From positions 1 through 58,279 of the IMG/VR virus record IMGVR_UViG_3300025889_000139: DNA of 58,279 nt. One strand, written 5' to 3'. How positions within the stretch are numbered: position 1 is the first letter of the stretch; the number at the start of each line of letters is the position of its first letter. Below, piece by piece: positions 10,130 through 17,964 of this stretch. The stretch is from a virus. Its lineage: Duplodnaviria > Caudoviricetes. Below the pieces are notes generated by a model. It made no database searches. It was not told the origin of the DNA and worked only from the letters and a program-made list of their open reading frames with translations. Position numbers and translations under genes: made by a program.

Positions 10130-10885
10130 ATGGCCGATCTTGCTACTGAACGCCAAAAGGTGAAAGATTATATCTATTATATGCTTGGTGGGGATATCGT
10201 TGACGTTGAGGCAGATGCCGCACACTATGATACTGCTATTGACCGTGCCCTAAAAGTATATCGCCAAAGAGCATCTAACGCATTTGAGGAAAGTTATGGA
10301 TTCCTTGAACTCGTTGATGGACAGAATGAATATACACTTGATGATAATATTATGGAAGTTCGTTCAGTTATTCGTCGTTCTGTAGGTTCAACCAATAGCA
10401 CAAACTCCACACAACTTGAACCATTTGAAGCAGCATTCGTCAATACCTATCTTCTACAGGCTGGGCGTCTTGGTGGATTGGCTACATATGAACTATTCAA
10501 CCAGTATCAAGAACTATCTGCTCGTATGTTTGGTGGATATATGAACTTCACTTGGGAACCAGTTTCCAAGAAACTAACACTTATTCGTAATATCAAAGCA
10601 AATGGTGAAGTCGTTATGCTTTGGCTATATAATACCAAGCCAGATGTGACTCTATTACAAGACCATATGATTAGACCGTGGATTGAAAAGTTTGCTTTGG
10701 GAACTACAAAGTTTATTCTTGGTGAAGCTCGTGGTAAGTTCTCTACAATCGCTGGTCCTGGTGGCGGCACAACTCTAAACGGTGATGCTCTCAAAACAGA
10801 AGGTCAGCAGTTGATTGATGAATGCATGGATAGTATCAATAACTACGAAACTGGAAATGAACCATTATATTGGATTCAAGGTTGA
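10130..10885 (+). CDS. gp13: Neck protein
   Basis: True start MADLATE (GATAAATA promoter plus AAGGAG); LGG..VDVE, RGKFSTIAGPGGGTTLNGDALK.EG, ending WIQG. Confidence 0.88.
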   Translation: MADLATERQKVKDYIYYMLGGDIVDVEADAAHYDTAIDRALKVYRQRASNAFEESYGFLELVDGQNEYTLDDNIMEVRSVIRRSVGSTNSTNSTQLEPFEAAFVNTYLLQAGRLGGLATYELFNQYQELSARMFGGYMNFTWEPVSKKLTLIRNIKANGEVVMLWLYNTKPDVTLLQDHMIRPWIEKFALGTTKFILGEARGKFSTIAGPGGGTTLNGDALKTEGQQLIDECMDSINNYETGNEPLYWIQG

Positions 10886-10891
10886 TAGTCT

Positions 10892-11107
10892 ATGCGTATC
10901 ACAGATGTAATCACCAAGAAGAAAGAAAACAAGGAAGTTGAAAAGGGCGAAGAAAATAGCCCCTTGCAACAAGCCGATTGGGAAGATGCTGATGAACTAA
11001 TCAATGACGAAAATGGCTTCGTCAATCCAAAAGATGTTCCAGATGTTGATAAGTATATCAGGGCACACGATAAAAAAATAAAAAGATTGATGAAAAAAGA
11101 TAAATAA
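10892..11107 (+). CDS. Small hypothetical protein (MRITDVI N-terminus)
   Basis: 71-aa ORF; its stop lies inside the next GATAAATA late promoter. Confidence 0.6.
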   Translation: MRITDVITKKKENKEVEKGEENSPLQQADWEDADELINDENGFVNPKDVPDVDKYIRAHDKKIKRLMKKDK

Positions 11108-11145
11108 AAGTGTAGTTCGCGGTGGTGGAACACCCAACTACTCTA
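11099..11145 (+). promoter_or_regulatory. Late promoter plus conserved bulged hairpin leader (copy 1)
   Basis: GATAAATAAAAGTGTAGTTCGCGGTGGTGGAACACCCAACTACTCTA; gapless match to copy 2 (30203-30249, minus strand) with compensatory pairs. Confidence 0.85.
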
Positions 11146-11168
11146 ACGCTATGAAGGAGCAATCAGCA

Positions 11169-11276
11169 ATGTTATTTATAAAGACATATCTTGCCTACTG
11201 GATAAATCAGGGGTATTCCAAACAAGAAGCAGACATTATCGCACACCAATATCGTGTTATGTTGGGAGTGAAATAA
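11169..11276 (+). CDS. 35-aa leader ORF coupled to the homing endonuclease
   Basis: AAGGAG RBS, MLFIKTYLAYWINQGYSKQEADIIAHQYRVMLGVK*, TAATG overlap with the next ATG. Confidence 0.6.
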   Translation: MLFIKTYLAYWINQGYSKQEADIIAHQYRVMLGVK

Positions 11277-11980
11277 TGACTACTGTTTATAGTATATACA
11301 AAATCACCAATAAAGTCAATAAAAAAGCATACATTGGTTTCACCTCTCGTGAAATATCCCGCAGATTCACTGAACACGCCACACCATCAGGGGTATGTGG
11401 AGTCAGCAAAGCTATTAGAAAGTATGGTAAAGAAAACTTCACAATAGAAATCATATATCAATCATATGACCACCAACACACCATTGATGTAATGGAACCA
11501 TACTTCATCAAGGAATACAACACATATCTTGGTGAAGGATATAATGAAACCCCGGGCGGTGAAAGAAGGTGCGGTGAGGACCACCCTATGTTCGGCAAGA
11601 AACATTCAGCAGAAACTAAAAAAAAGATGTCTATTGCTGCGCTTAATAGAGAACCACATTCCGCAGATAGTAATAAGAGGAAAGGAAAATCAGGCGATGA
11701 TAATGTATCCAAGCGACCTGATGTTAAAAAGAAAATAAGCGAAGCAGTTTCCGGCGAAAGAAACGGTATGTACGGCAAAAAACATACACCCGAAGCAATA
11801 TTGAAGATGAAAGCCGCGCTGACAGGACGGAAACACACAGAAGAAACAAAAAGAAAAATCAAAGAGGCTAATATGAAGAGGGCAAAGCCCCCGAAGAAGC
11901 CTTGCCCTCACTGTTCCAAGATGGTTGATCCGCTAAACTACAAAAAATGGCACGGAGATAACTGCTCTAATAAGTCTTGA
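11276..11980 (+). CDS. GIY-YIG homing endonuclease with NUMOD3 repeats (free-standing, Seg-like)
   Basis: SIYKITN..KAYIG..R..EH, GYNETPGG, NUMOD3 MFGKKHSAETKKKMS repeats, C-terminal CPHC..WHGDNC. Confidence 0.92.
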   Translation: MTTVYSIYKITNKVNKKAYIGFTSREISRRFTEHATPSGVCGVSKAIRKYGKENFTIEIIYQSYDHQHTIDVMEPYFIKEYNTYLGEGYNETPGGERRCGEDHPMFGKKHSAETKKKMSIAALNREPHSADSNKRKGKSGDDNVSKRPDVKKKISEAVSGERNGMYGKKHTPEAILKMKAALTGRKHTEETKRKIKEANMKRAKPPKKPCPHCSKMVDPLNYKKWHGDNCSNKS

Positions 11981-13145
11981 GCAAGATGGTGTGTTCATTC
12001 GTTCTACCAGGAAACTTGACTTCTACGGCCTTGATTTCATCCAAGAACTTACGCAGGGCAACCTTACCAGCCTTATTGAACTCTTTGAGTTTTTCTTCTG
12101 GTTTGCGGATATTTTTACCGACAGAGTTAGCCTCGTCGTATCCAATAATGGTAGTGCCCTTCACGGCAAGTTGCTTCATATTCGGGTCAGCAACAACTTT
12201 GTAAAGTTTCCTAAGTTTCGTATTATAAAGCCACAAGGTTTCAGCACCGATAATATCTTCTGGACGAATGCTAACCAGTTTGAGGTCTTTATCCTCTGCC
12301 TTATACTTCAACTTAGCAACCTGTTTGCCCTTGGTAGGAGCCTTCTTGGAACGGGTCTTACGAGAAACTTTCTTCAAGTTCATATAAGAGTTCATATCGT
12401 CAAGTAGGTTATTGTAGAACTCAAGGATACGCTTGATATCGGTCTTGGACAAGTGGGCATAACCCTCTTTCAAGTCAGGGTCAATCTCACTTGCTTTACC
12501 AGTAAGTTCTTCAATCTCCGCTTTCTTCGGCTCATAATACGCAATAATCTTATTGATATGGGATTGAGCCACATTCTTCTGTTTCATCCACTCAAAGACT
12601 TTCGGCGTGGATGCTTTGGGATTAGCCATGATGGTATCTTCCCATTCATCCATTTCAGCAATAATGTCGGACAACTGTTCAGCCATACGCTCTTGGATGG
12701 ACGGTTTATAAACATTACTGGCTTTCTTTTCTTCTTTTTTCTTCTTGACCACAATGTTCTTGCCGTAGTCAATCATCGCAGCAACTTTATCACGCAACCA
12801 GCCGCTTTCAGTATTCGGCATACCACGAAGCAGCATAGTCGCATTAGCAACTACGGCACCAGAAAGCATAGCATCAGGGTAAGCACGGGCAGACTTGATA
12901 TCAGCAGCAGAATAACCAGCCTCTTTCATCCACGCATAAAGATTTTTCTTTAGATCGCTGGCTTTGTAGAAATAGTTATACCAGTTATATGCGTGGCGTT
13001 TCTCACGCTGGATTTCTTCATCAGTCCAGTTTTCAGCATTGACCCATTCGGGTTCTTCACCCATATATTTGGTATCAAACGTTTTAGCAATACGAGGCTT
13101 TGCTGTCTTTTTACGGGGGGCAGTTACTGATTTTGCTCGTGACAT
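11967..13145 (-). CDS. Conserved hypothetical basic protein of T4-like phages
   Basis: 392 aa, AAGGA RBS, late-type ATAAATA upstream; KYMGEEPEW, AYNWYNY, C-terminal GRTNEHTILLK. Confidence 0.75.
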   Translation of the reverse strand: MSRAKSVTAPRKKTAKPRIAKTFDTKYMGEEPEWVNAENWTDEEIQREKRHAYNWYNYFYKASDLKKNLYAWMKEAGYSAADIKSARAYPDAMLSGAVVANATMLLRGMPNTESGWLRDKVAAMIDYGKNIVVKKKKEEKKASNVYKPSIQERMAEQLSDIIAEMDEWEDTIMANPKASTPKVFEWMKQKNVAQSHINKIIAYYEPKKAEIEELTGKASEIDPDLKEGYAHLSKTDIKRILEFYNNLLDDMNSYMNLKKVSRKTRSKKAPTKGKQVAKLKYKAEDKDLKLVSIRPEDIIGAETLWLYNTKLRKLYKVVADPNMKQLAVKGTTIIGYDEANSVGKNIRKPEEKLKEFNKAGKVALRKFLDEIKAVEVKFPGRTNEHTILLKTY

Positions 13146-13175
13146 TTTAATTCCTTTACTAAACGCTATTTATGT

Positions 13176-13397
13176 TTAGCCTTCCACAACCTCAAGCATG
13201 GTTTTTCCTTCGGCAACCGATTTCAGATTGAGATACACTTCGTGTTCCGAACTGGTCGGGTTTTCAAACACCAGCATCGGTTCGCCGTTGTTCTCCGAAA
13301 GACGCACACCCTTGAACGGGCCGACTTCCATCGTCGCCATCAGCGCGGGTTCGTCAAAGAGTTCTTTGTTCAGCGAAAACATACCAACTTGTTGCAT
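13176..13397 (-). CDS. Early hypothetical protein
   Basis: AGGAG RBS and its own early promoter (13432-13459). Confidence 0.7.
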   Translation of the reverse strand: MQQVGMFSLNKELFDEPALMATMEVGPFKGVRLSENNGEPMLVFENPTSSEHEVYLNLKSVAEGKTMLEVVEG

Positions 13398-13417
13398 TTT
13401 GAATCTCCTGTTTTTTC

Positions 13418-13460
13418 CAACTTACAAAGACAGTATAGCAGATTTTATGGGTTTGTCAAG
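13418..13460 (-). promoter_or_regulatory. Early promoter cassette
   Basis: CTTGACA-N16-(TGC)TATACT followed by GTCTTTGTAAGTTG. Confidence 0.85.
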
Positions 13461-13467
13461 TCTTTTT

Positions 13468-13803
13468 TTACATCGTCCAGTAACGGTCAGTGGAAGGGTC
13501 ACAAGCACCGCCCTTGTCGCCACGACGAATGGTAGCAGTGTTCACACTGCCAGTGTGAGGGTTGATGAAGGTGACTTCAACTTCTTCGTTCATAAACGAG
13601 TAGTACGCTTCTTTTACCAACTCTTTGGCTTCGCCAGCGGGACGCTTAGTGATGGTGGAAATGGCTTCGTCGCCAACGACAACGTAAGCATTGACTTTGC
13701 CGCTCTTGCGGGTCAGTTTACCAATCTCGGTGCGACCACGATAGCCGTTGTCAACAACGATGGTGCCATTGGTCTTGTCGTTCCACTTGAAAAGAATAGC
13801 CAT
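13468..13803 (-). CDS. Early hypothetical protein
   Basis: GGAG RBS, own early promoter; ends CDPSTDRYWTM. Confidence 0.75.
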   Translation of the reverse strand: MAILFKWNDKTNGTIVVDNGYRGRTEIGKLTRKSGKVNAYVVVGDEAISTITKRPAGEAKELVKEAYYSFMNEEVEVTFINPHTGSVNTATIRRGDKGGACDPSTDRYWTM

Positions 13804-13831
13804 TTGGTATCTCCGTAAACACTGTTTCTAT

Positions 13832-13874
13832 CAACTTACAAAGACAGTATAGCACATTATAACCATTTGTCAAG
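13832..13874 (-). promoter_or_regulatory. Early promoter cassette
   Basis: CTTGACA-N16-(TGC)TATACT followed by GTCTTTGTAAGTTG, identical to the 13418 cassette over 23 nt. Confidence 0.85.
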
Positions 13875-14056
13875 TGTTTTTTTCACATTTTCTTCGGTCA
13901 TATCACCAAGGTCTTCGCCATCGTTTAGTATAACCGATTCATGACCCATTTTAGCCAGTTTACGACCAGCAGCATCGCCATCACAAACACAGACAATGTG
14001 CCGATTCGTGGCTCGTAACCACGGACGCAGTTGCTTTGGGTCATTAGACAGGGCGG
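13857..14056 (-). pseudogene. C-terminal remnant of a TOPRIM-like protein, 5' part lost
   Basis: LSNDPKQLRPWL..IVCVCDGDAAGRKLAK..EDLGD (TOPRIM DxD.AG); no credible start or RBS; abuts an inverted insert. Confidence 0.55.
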
Positions 14057-14183
14057 CACTGTACAGCAGAGCATAGGTGGACAATCAGGCGGCGAAGGGT
14101 ATGTATTAGCACACCCTGAAGGTGATATTAAACTAGTGCCAAGGTCCACATTTAGTGCAGCCAACCGTGCAGTACAACGATAA
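14055..14183 (+). pseudogene. Orphan C-terminal gene fragment carried on the insert
   Basis: GTVQQSIGGQSGGEGYVLAHPEGDIKLVPRSTFSAANRAVQR*; no start codon; resembles the GEGYV..IKLV.R..FS.AN end of a conserved T4-like phage protein (recalled, unverified). Confidence 0.5.
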
Positions 14184-14207
14184 ATATCAGTAAGGTGAGG
14201 ATTTATT

Positions 14208-14855
14208 ATGAAAATTTCAGAAATTACACAGCGTAGCCAAGCACAACATCTCGCAGAAGGTGAAATGATAAAGACGGAAGTGGTCAAAATGCCTCCCACT
14301 AAGAATAGTAGCCAAGGCATGGCCGATTGGGCCTATAAGGACGCTCAAGATAAAAAGGTTCCGCTCAAAGGTTCTCTCAAGGGAATACCCTCCGAAGTCT
14401 ATGACATGGGTGATCATCTGCGTGTGTTCGTGAAAGATAATCAAGGGCCTGTGCTGTACTTGGCTTTACACAAATTCTTGGATGGATTCAAAAGCGGAGC
14501 GGTGGCTGTGGAGCCTAGAGGCAGAGGCAAGAATCTAGCAGTCCGTGTGTATCAATCAGCCAGCGACACGTTTGGTCGTCCTATTTACAGTGATACCACA
14601 CAGACCGATGCCAGCAGGATCGGTATCTGGCAAAAGTTGATAGCCACAGCGCCGGACCGGGTGGTAGGATATGATCAGCGGACTCGAGAAGATTTGCCAC
14701 TCACTGCCACTGATCGAGGCCCTGCGGTGCGTGGTAATCAACCAGTGTATACACAAAGGACTGCCAAAGATTTTCCCAAACCTGTGACCGATCAAAATAG
14801 ATCAAGAACTCGGTTGTTGAAGTTGTTGACTTCGCCATTTACAACCGCTTCGTAA
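14208..14855 (+). CDS. Late-expressed putative internal head protein, possibly GNAT-like
   Basis: GATAAATA plus GAGGA RBS; MKISEI N-terminus; VAVEPRGRGKNLAVRVY..SDTTQT...IWQKL resembles GNAT motif A. Confidence 0.55.
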   Translation: MKISEITQRSQAQHLAEGEMIKTEVVKMPPTKNSSQGMADWAYKDAQDKKVPLKGSLKGIPSEVYDMGDHLRVFVKDNQGPVLYLALHKFLDGFKSGAVAVEPRGRGKNLAVRVYQSASDTFGRPIYSDTTQTDASRIGIWQKLIATAPDRVVGYDQRTREDLPLTATDRGPAVRGNQPVYTQRTAKDFPKPVTDQNRSRTRLLKLLTSPFTTAS

Positions 14856-14929
14856 CCAAGAACATATTTGATATGATTACGGGCGCGTTCAAAGAAAACT
14901 CCTGCTTCGTGTTGTGTTGCGTATTTCAT
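14792..14929 (-). pseudogene. Short or truncated early ORF
   Basis: ATGA-coupled to the upstream gene; MKYATQHEAGVFFERARNHIKYVLGYEAVVNGEVNN then runs into the antisense of the insert. Confidence 0.4.
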
Positions 14930-15240
14930 TGGACCATCACCCCGCCTTCACGGAAAAAACCTTTCCACATATTACGTGCATCTTTGATGTCAATAATCTC
15001 GTTCAAGGACACTTCGCCTTCTACCGTGTGGATAACGAGTGCTTCCAACTGCCCACCTTCACCGGGAAAAACAGTAAGATCACTATCATTAGTAGCAATC
15101 TTCTTAACTTCGTCACGGTTAAACATACGGACGTTACGGCCAGCTTCGCACAGCACCATATGATGCTCGGCGATATTACCCAAATCGCTTGTATCAACGA
15201 TTCGGCCAGTATCCATATCAATCAGGTGAAAAACTTCCAT
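14926..15240 (-). CDS. Early hypothetical protein
   Basis: AGGAG RBS; early promoter at 15269-15296. Confidence 0.7.
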   Translation of the reverse strand: MEVFHLIDMDTGRIVDTSDLGNIAEHHMVLCEAGRNVRMFNRDEVKKIATNDSDLTVFPGEGGQLEALVIHTVEGEVSLNEIIDIKDARNMWKGFFREGGVMVQ

Positions 15241-15254
15241 CGGGTATCTCCTAT

Positions 15255-15297
15255 CAACTTACAAATAGAGTATAGCAGATTTTTAGGATTTGTCAAG
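15255..15297 (-). promoter_or_regulatory. Early promoter cassette
   Basis: CTTGACA-N16-(TGC)TATACT then CTATTTGTAAGTTG. Confidence 0.85.
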
Positions 15298-15888
15298 CAC
15301 TTTTATGAAGTTTTCTGTTGTCATCCATATACGGTTTTGTGAGTTCCACGATCCTACCTTGGGCCAAGTGCCAGGAAGTACATGAATAAACTGTATCTCT
15401 GGAAATAACCGATGGAGTTTGTTTATTTGATATATCCAGTATGATGGGTCAACGGGTCGGCGATCTGGTCCATCATAGTTTGGTGTTCCCTTATAGATGT
15501 TGTTATGGCGGTTTCCCATACTATAAATGTCAAAACCCAAAAAGTAAATCTTCTTGGGTTTCTGTAAACAAGCTAGGTATGCAGCGTAGGTTCCTGAACC
15601 CCAGTTCATAGGTTCATCAGCTTTATGTTCTGGTTTATATGGAAGCTCTGGTAGATACTGAACATACGGGTATGCAGCGAAACTTGAGTGCCATCTTGGT
15701 CGTGTATATATGGATATTCCCAAATCAGCAGCTTCCTCAACACATCGTCTATCTACCGCTATAAGGTATGTTGGATGAAAGTCGCGGCAGATGGCATTAC
15801 ATCCAAACGTGATATGTTTTTCTAGTTTGGTTAGGTCAAAACCTTTCCTAGTCTCACCATTTCCAAGTACCACGTATAACTGCTCCAT
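15283..15888 (-). CDS. DUF115/MptE/Maf-like putative glycosyltransferase
   Basis: VLGNGETR, FGCNA, LIAVD, GSGTYAAYLA, IYFLGFD. Confidence 0.6.
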   Translation of the reverse strand: MEQLYVVLGNGETRKGFDLTKLEKHITFGCNAICRDFHPTYLIAVDRRCVEEAADLGISIYTRPRWHSSFAAYPYVQYLPELPYKPEHKADEPMNWGSGTYAAYLACLQKPKKIYFLGFDIYSMGNRHNNIYKGTPNYDGPDRRPVDPSYWIYQINKLHRLFPEIQFIHVLPGTWPKVGSWNSQNRIWMTTENFIKVLDKS

Positions 15889-15924
15889 AAAGTATTTAGA
15901 TAAATACTATAATAGGAGTACAGT

Positions 15925-17397
15925 ATGCCTCGTTTGAGTTTATACCAAGCAAATAGAAATAATGACTACACTTTTTTTGACCGTTTAGTTAGCGAACAGA
16001 TGACTCTGGGCGCTACTGCCATCATGATTCATAAATATCTTGGAACGCCGAAATCCACAGTGGATAGCGATGACTTATCACAGCCAAGTTATAACACACA
16101 AAGCGAACTGAACATCCAAGATTTACTATTATTGGAGAACAGGGACCGTGTGTATGAAGAAGATGTATATGAACTCCGTGGGCATTATACTGTACCAGAT
16201 ATGGATATGTCCAATGAGCAGTTCGGTCTATTCATCAGTAACGAAAACCTAAACTTTGTTTTTCATCTCAACGATATGGTTGAGCGTATGGGCAGAAAGA
16301 TTATGCCTGGTGATGTATTGGAACTCCCACACCTCACGGACTTTTGGGCACTTGACGATAGTGTTCCAGTAGCACTAAAAAGATATTATGTGGTAGAAGA
16401 TGCAAGCCGTGCTGGCGAAGGTTATTCACCAACGTGGTATCCTCACCTATGGCGTGTTCGTGTGAAACCAATGGTGGATAGCCAAGAATACTCACAAATA
16501 TTGGATAAGATTGTTGACGGGACGGGCAATGAAAGCCTACGGGACTTGCTAAGTGTTTATAACCAAGAGTTGGCTAATAATCAAGCAGTAGTTGCCCAAG
16601 CAGAGGAAGAGGTTCCAGCAAGCGGTTATGATACTTCACAACTATATGTTATTCCATCAACTGGCGAGACACCATTTGAGTATGCTGACCCAGAAAGCGA
16701 TACACCAGTTGCAAATGGTTGGACTGATGGTTATCTAACAGGTGACGGTCTTGCTCCAAACGGACACAATGTAACAAGCGGAACAACATTCCCAGATAGT
16801 CCAAGCGATGGTGATTATGCGTTGCGTTTGGATTATCTACCAAACAGATTATTCAGGTACAACGGAACACGATGGGTCAAAGTTGAGAATATGGAAAGAA
16901 CTTCACTGACACCTGGTGACGGTCAGACACAGCGTGATACATTCGTGAATAATACAAACATCACATTTACGGATGATAACCGCCAGATTGACGAGCGTGT
17001 TTCTCTACACGAGGCATTGAGCTTACAGATTGATGCGGTATCAACATCAAGCACAGTATCAGCGAATACTGACCCAACCCCAACAAGACCAGTTTGGTCA
17101 AGCCCAGATGCTGGTGATTTAGGAACATTTAGTGAAGCAGCAGCATATTCTAAAACATTTGTAGCATCGGGCACAGGAACGATTACATATAGCGTTATTA
17201 CTGGAACATTACCTGGTGGTCTTACTCTATCTTCTAATGGAGTATTGAGCGGAACATTTGCCCAAGTATCGGTAAATACAGTATACCAGTTTGCTATTAG
17301 GGCAACAGACGATAATGGAACAGCGGATAGGTCATTCCGTATTACGGTGAATGATTATAATCCGTTTAGTTCTGAGTTTAGTAGCGAGTTTAACTAA
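15925..17397 (+). CDS. gp14: Neck protein (gp14-like) with C-terminal Ig-like extension
   Basis: QDLLLLENRDRVY, FGLFI, MPGDVLELPH; C-terminal TYSVITGTLPGGLTLSSNGVLSG..FAIRATD Ig-like domain. Confidence 0.75.
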   Translation: MPRLSLYQANRNNDYTFFDRLVSEQMTLGATAIMIHKYLGTPKSTVDSDDLSQPSYNTQSELNIQDLLLLENRDRVYEEDVYELRGHYTVPDMDMSNEQFGLFISNENLNFVFHLNDMVERMGRKIMPGDVLELPHLTDFWALDDSVPVALKRYYVVEDASRAGEGYSPTWYPHLWRVRVKPMVDSQEYSQILDKIVDGTGNESLRDLLSVYNQELANNQAVVAQAEEEVPASGYDTSQLYVIPSTGETPFEYADPESDTPVANGWTDGYLTGDGLAPNGHNVTSGTTFPDSPSDGDYALRLDYLPNRLFRYNGTRWVKVENMERTSLTPGDGQTQRDTFVNNTNITFTDDNRQIDERVSLHEALSLQIDAVSTSSTVSANTDPTPTRPVWSSPDAGDLGTFSEAAAYSKTFVASGTGTITYSVITGTLPGGLTLSSNGVLSGTFAQVSVNTVYQFAIRATDDNGTADRSFRITVNDYNPFSSEFSSEFN

Positions 17398-17406
17398 GGA
17401 AAAAAC

Positions 17407-17955
17407 ATGGCGGATACATCAAGAACACAAAGCGATTTATTGACTAATCTATTTCAGGACGGTCAAGCAGATGGAAGCATCACAGCACAAGATATGAGAG
17501 ATTTGATTGTAAGTCTAATCCCAAGCACAGGCTCTGGTCGTTTTACATCAAGTGCTGTTGTCAACATTACTTCTACGGGAGTATTCACAACTCCATCATC
17601 TGGAACAACAGCATTATCAAATAATACTTCCGACATTGATATGCCTCAAAATGGTAGGATTAGATATACAGGTCTAACAGATAGAAACTTTCTACTATCT
17701 GTATCTATTTCTGCGACGGTTGCAGGTAATAACCAAGATTTGCGCTTCCAACTAACTAAGAATGGTACTGGTATTACAGAATCAATAACATCAAGAACGT
17801 GGGGAACAGGAACAGATGTTGGTTCATTGACTATCTTGTCTGGCGTTGTTCTTTCACAGAACGATTATATTGAGATTCAAGCAGCAAACGATACAAGTAC
17901 CAATGATATTACTATTACCAATGGTAGCATAAGCATGCACGGACATCTTACATAA
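17407..17955 (+). CDS. Putative virion fibre/decoration protein (C1q/BclA-like jelly-roll)
   Basis: S/T-rich; FQLTKNG..LSQNDYIEI pattern; AAGGA RBS; lies in the neck cluster. Confidence 0.5.
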   Translation: MADTSRTQSDLLTNLFQDGQADGSITAQDMRDLIVSLIPSTGSGRFTSSAVVNITSTGVFTTPSSGTTALSNNTSDIDMPQNGRIRYTGLTDRNFLLSVSISATVAGNNQDLRFQLTKNGTGITESITSRTWGTGTDVGSLTILSGVVLSQNDYIEIQAANDTSTNDITITNGSISMHGHLT

Positions 17956-17964
17956 GGATATCCA

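Noticed and set aside
11276-11980. Homing endonucleases (here and at 29426-30184) as group I intron-encoded
   Set aside because: Flanking genes are intact with their own stops, and I found no P7-type core motifs; both appear free-standing
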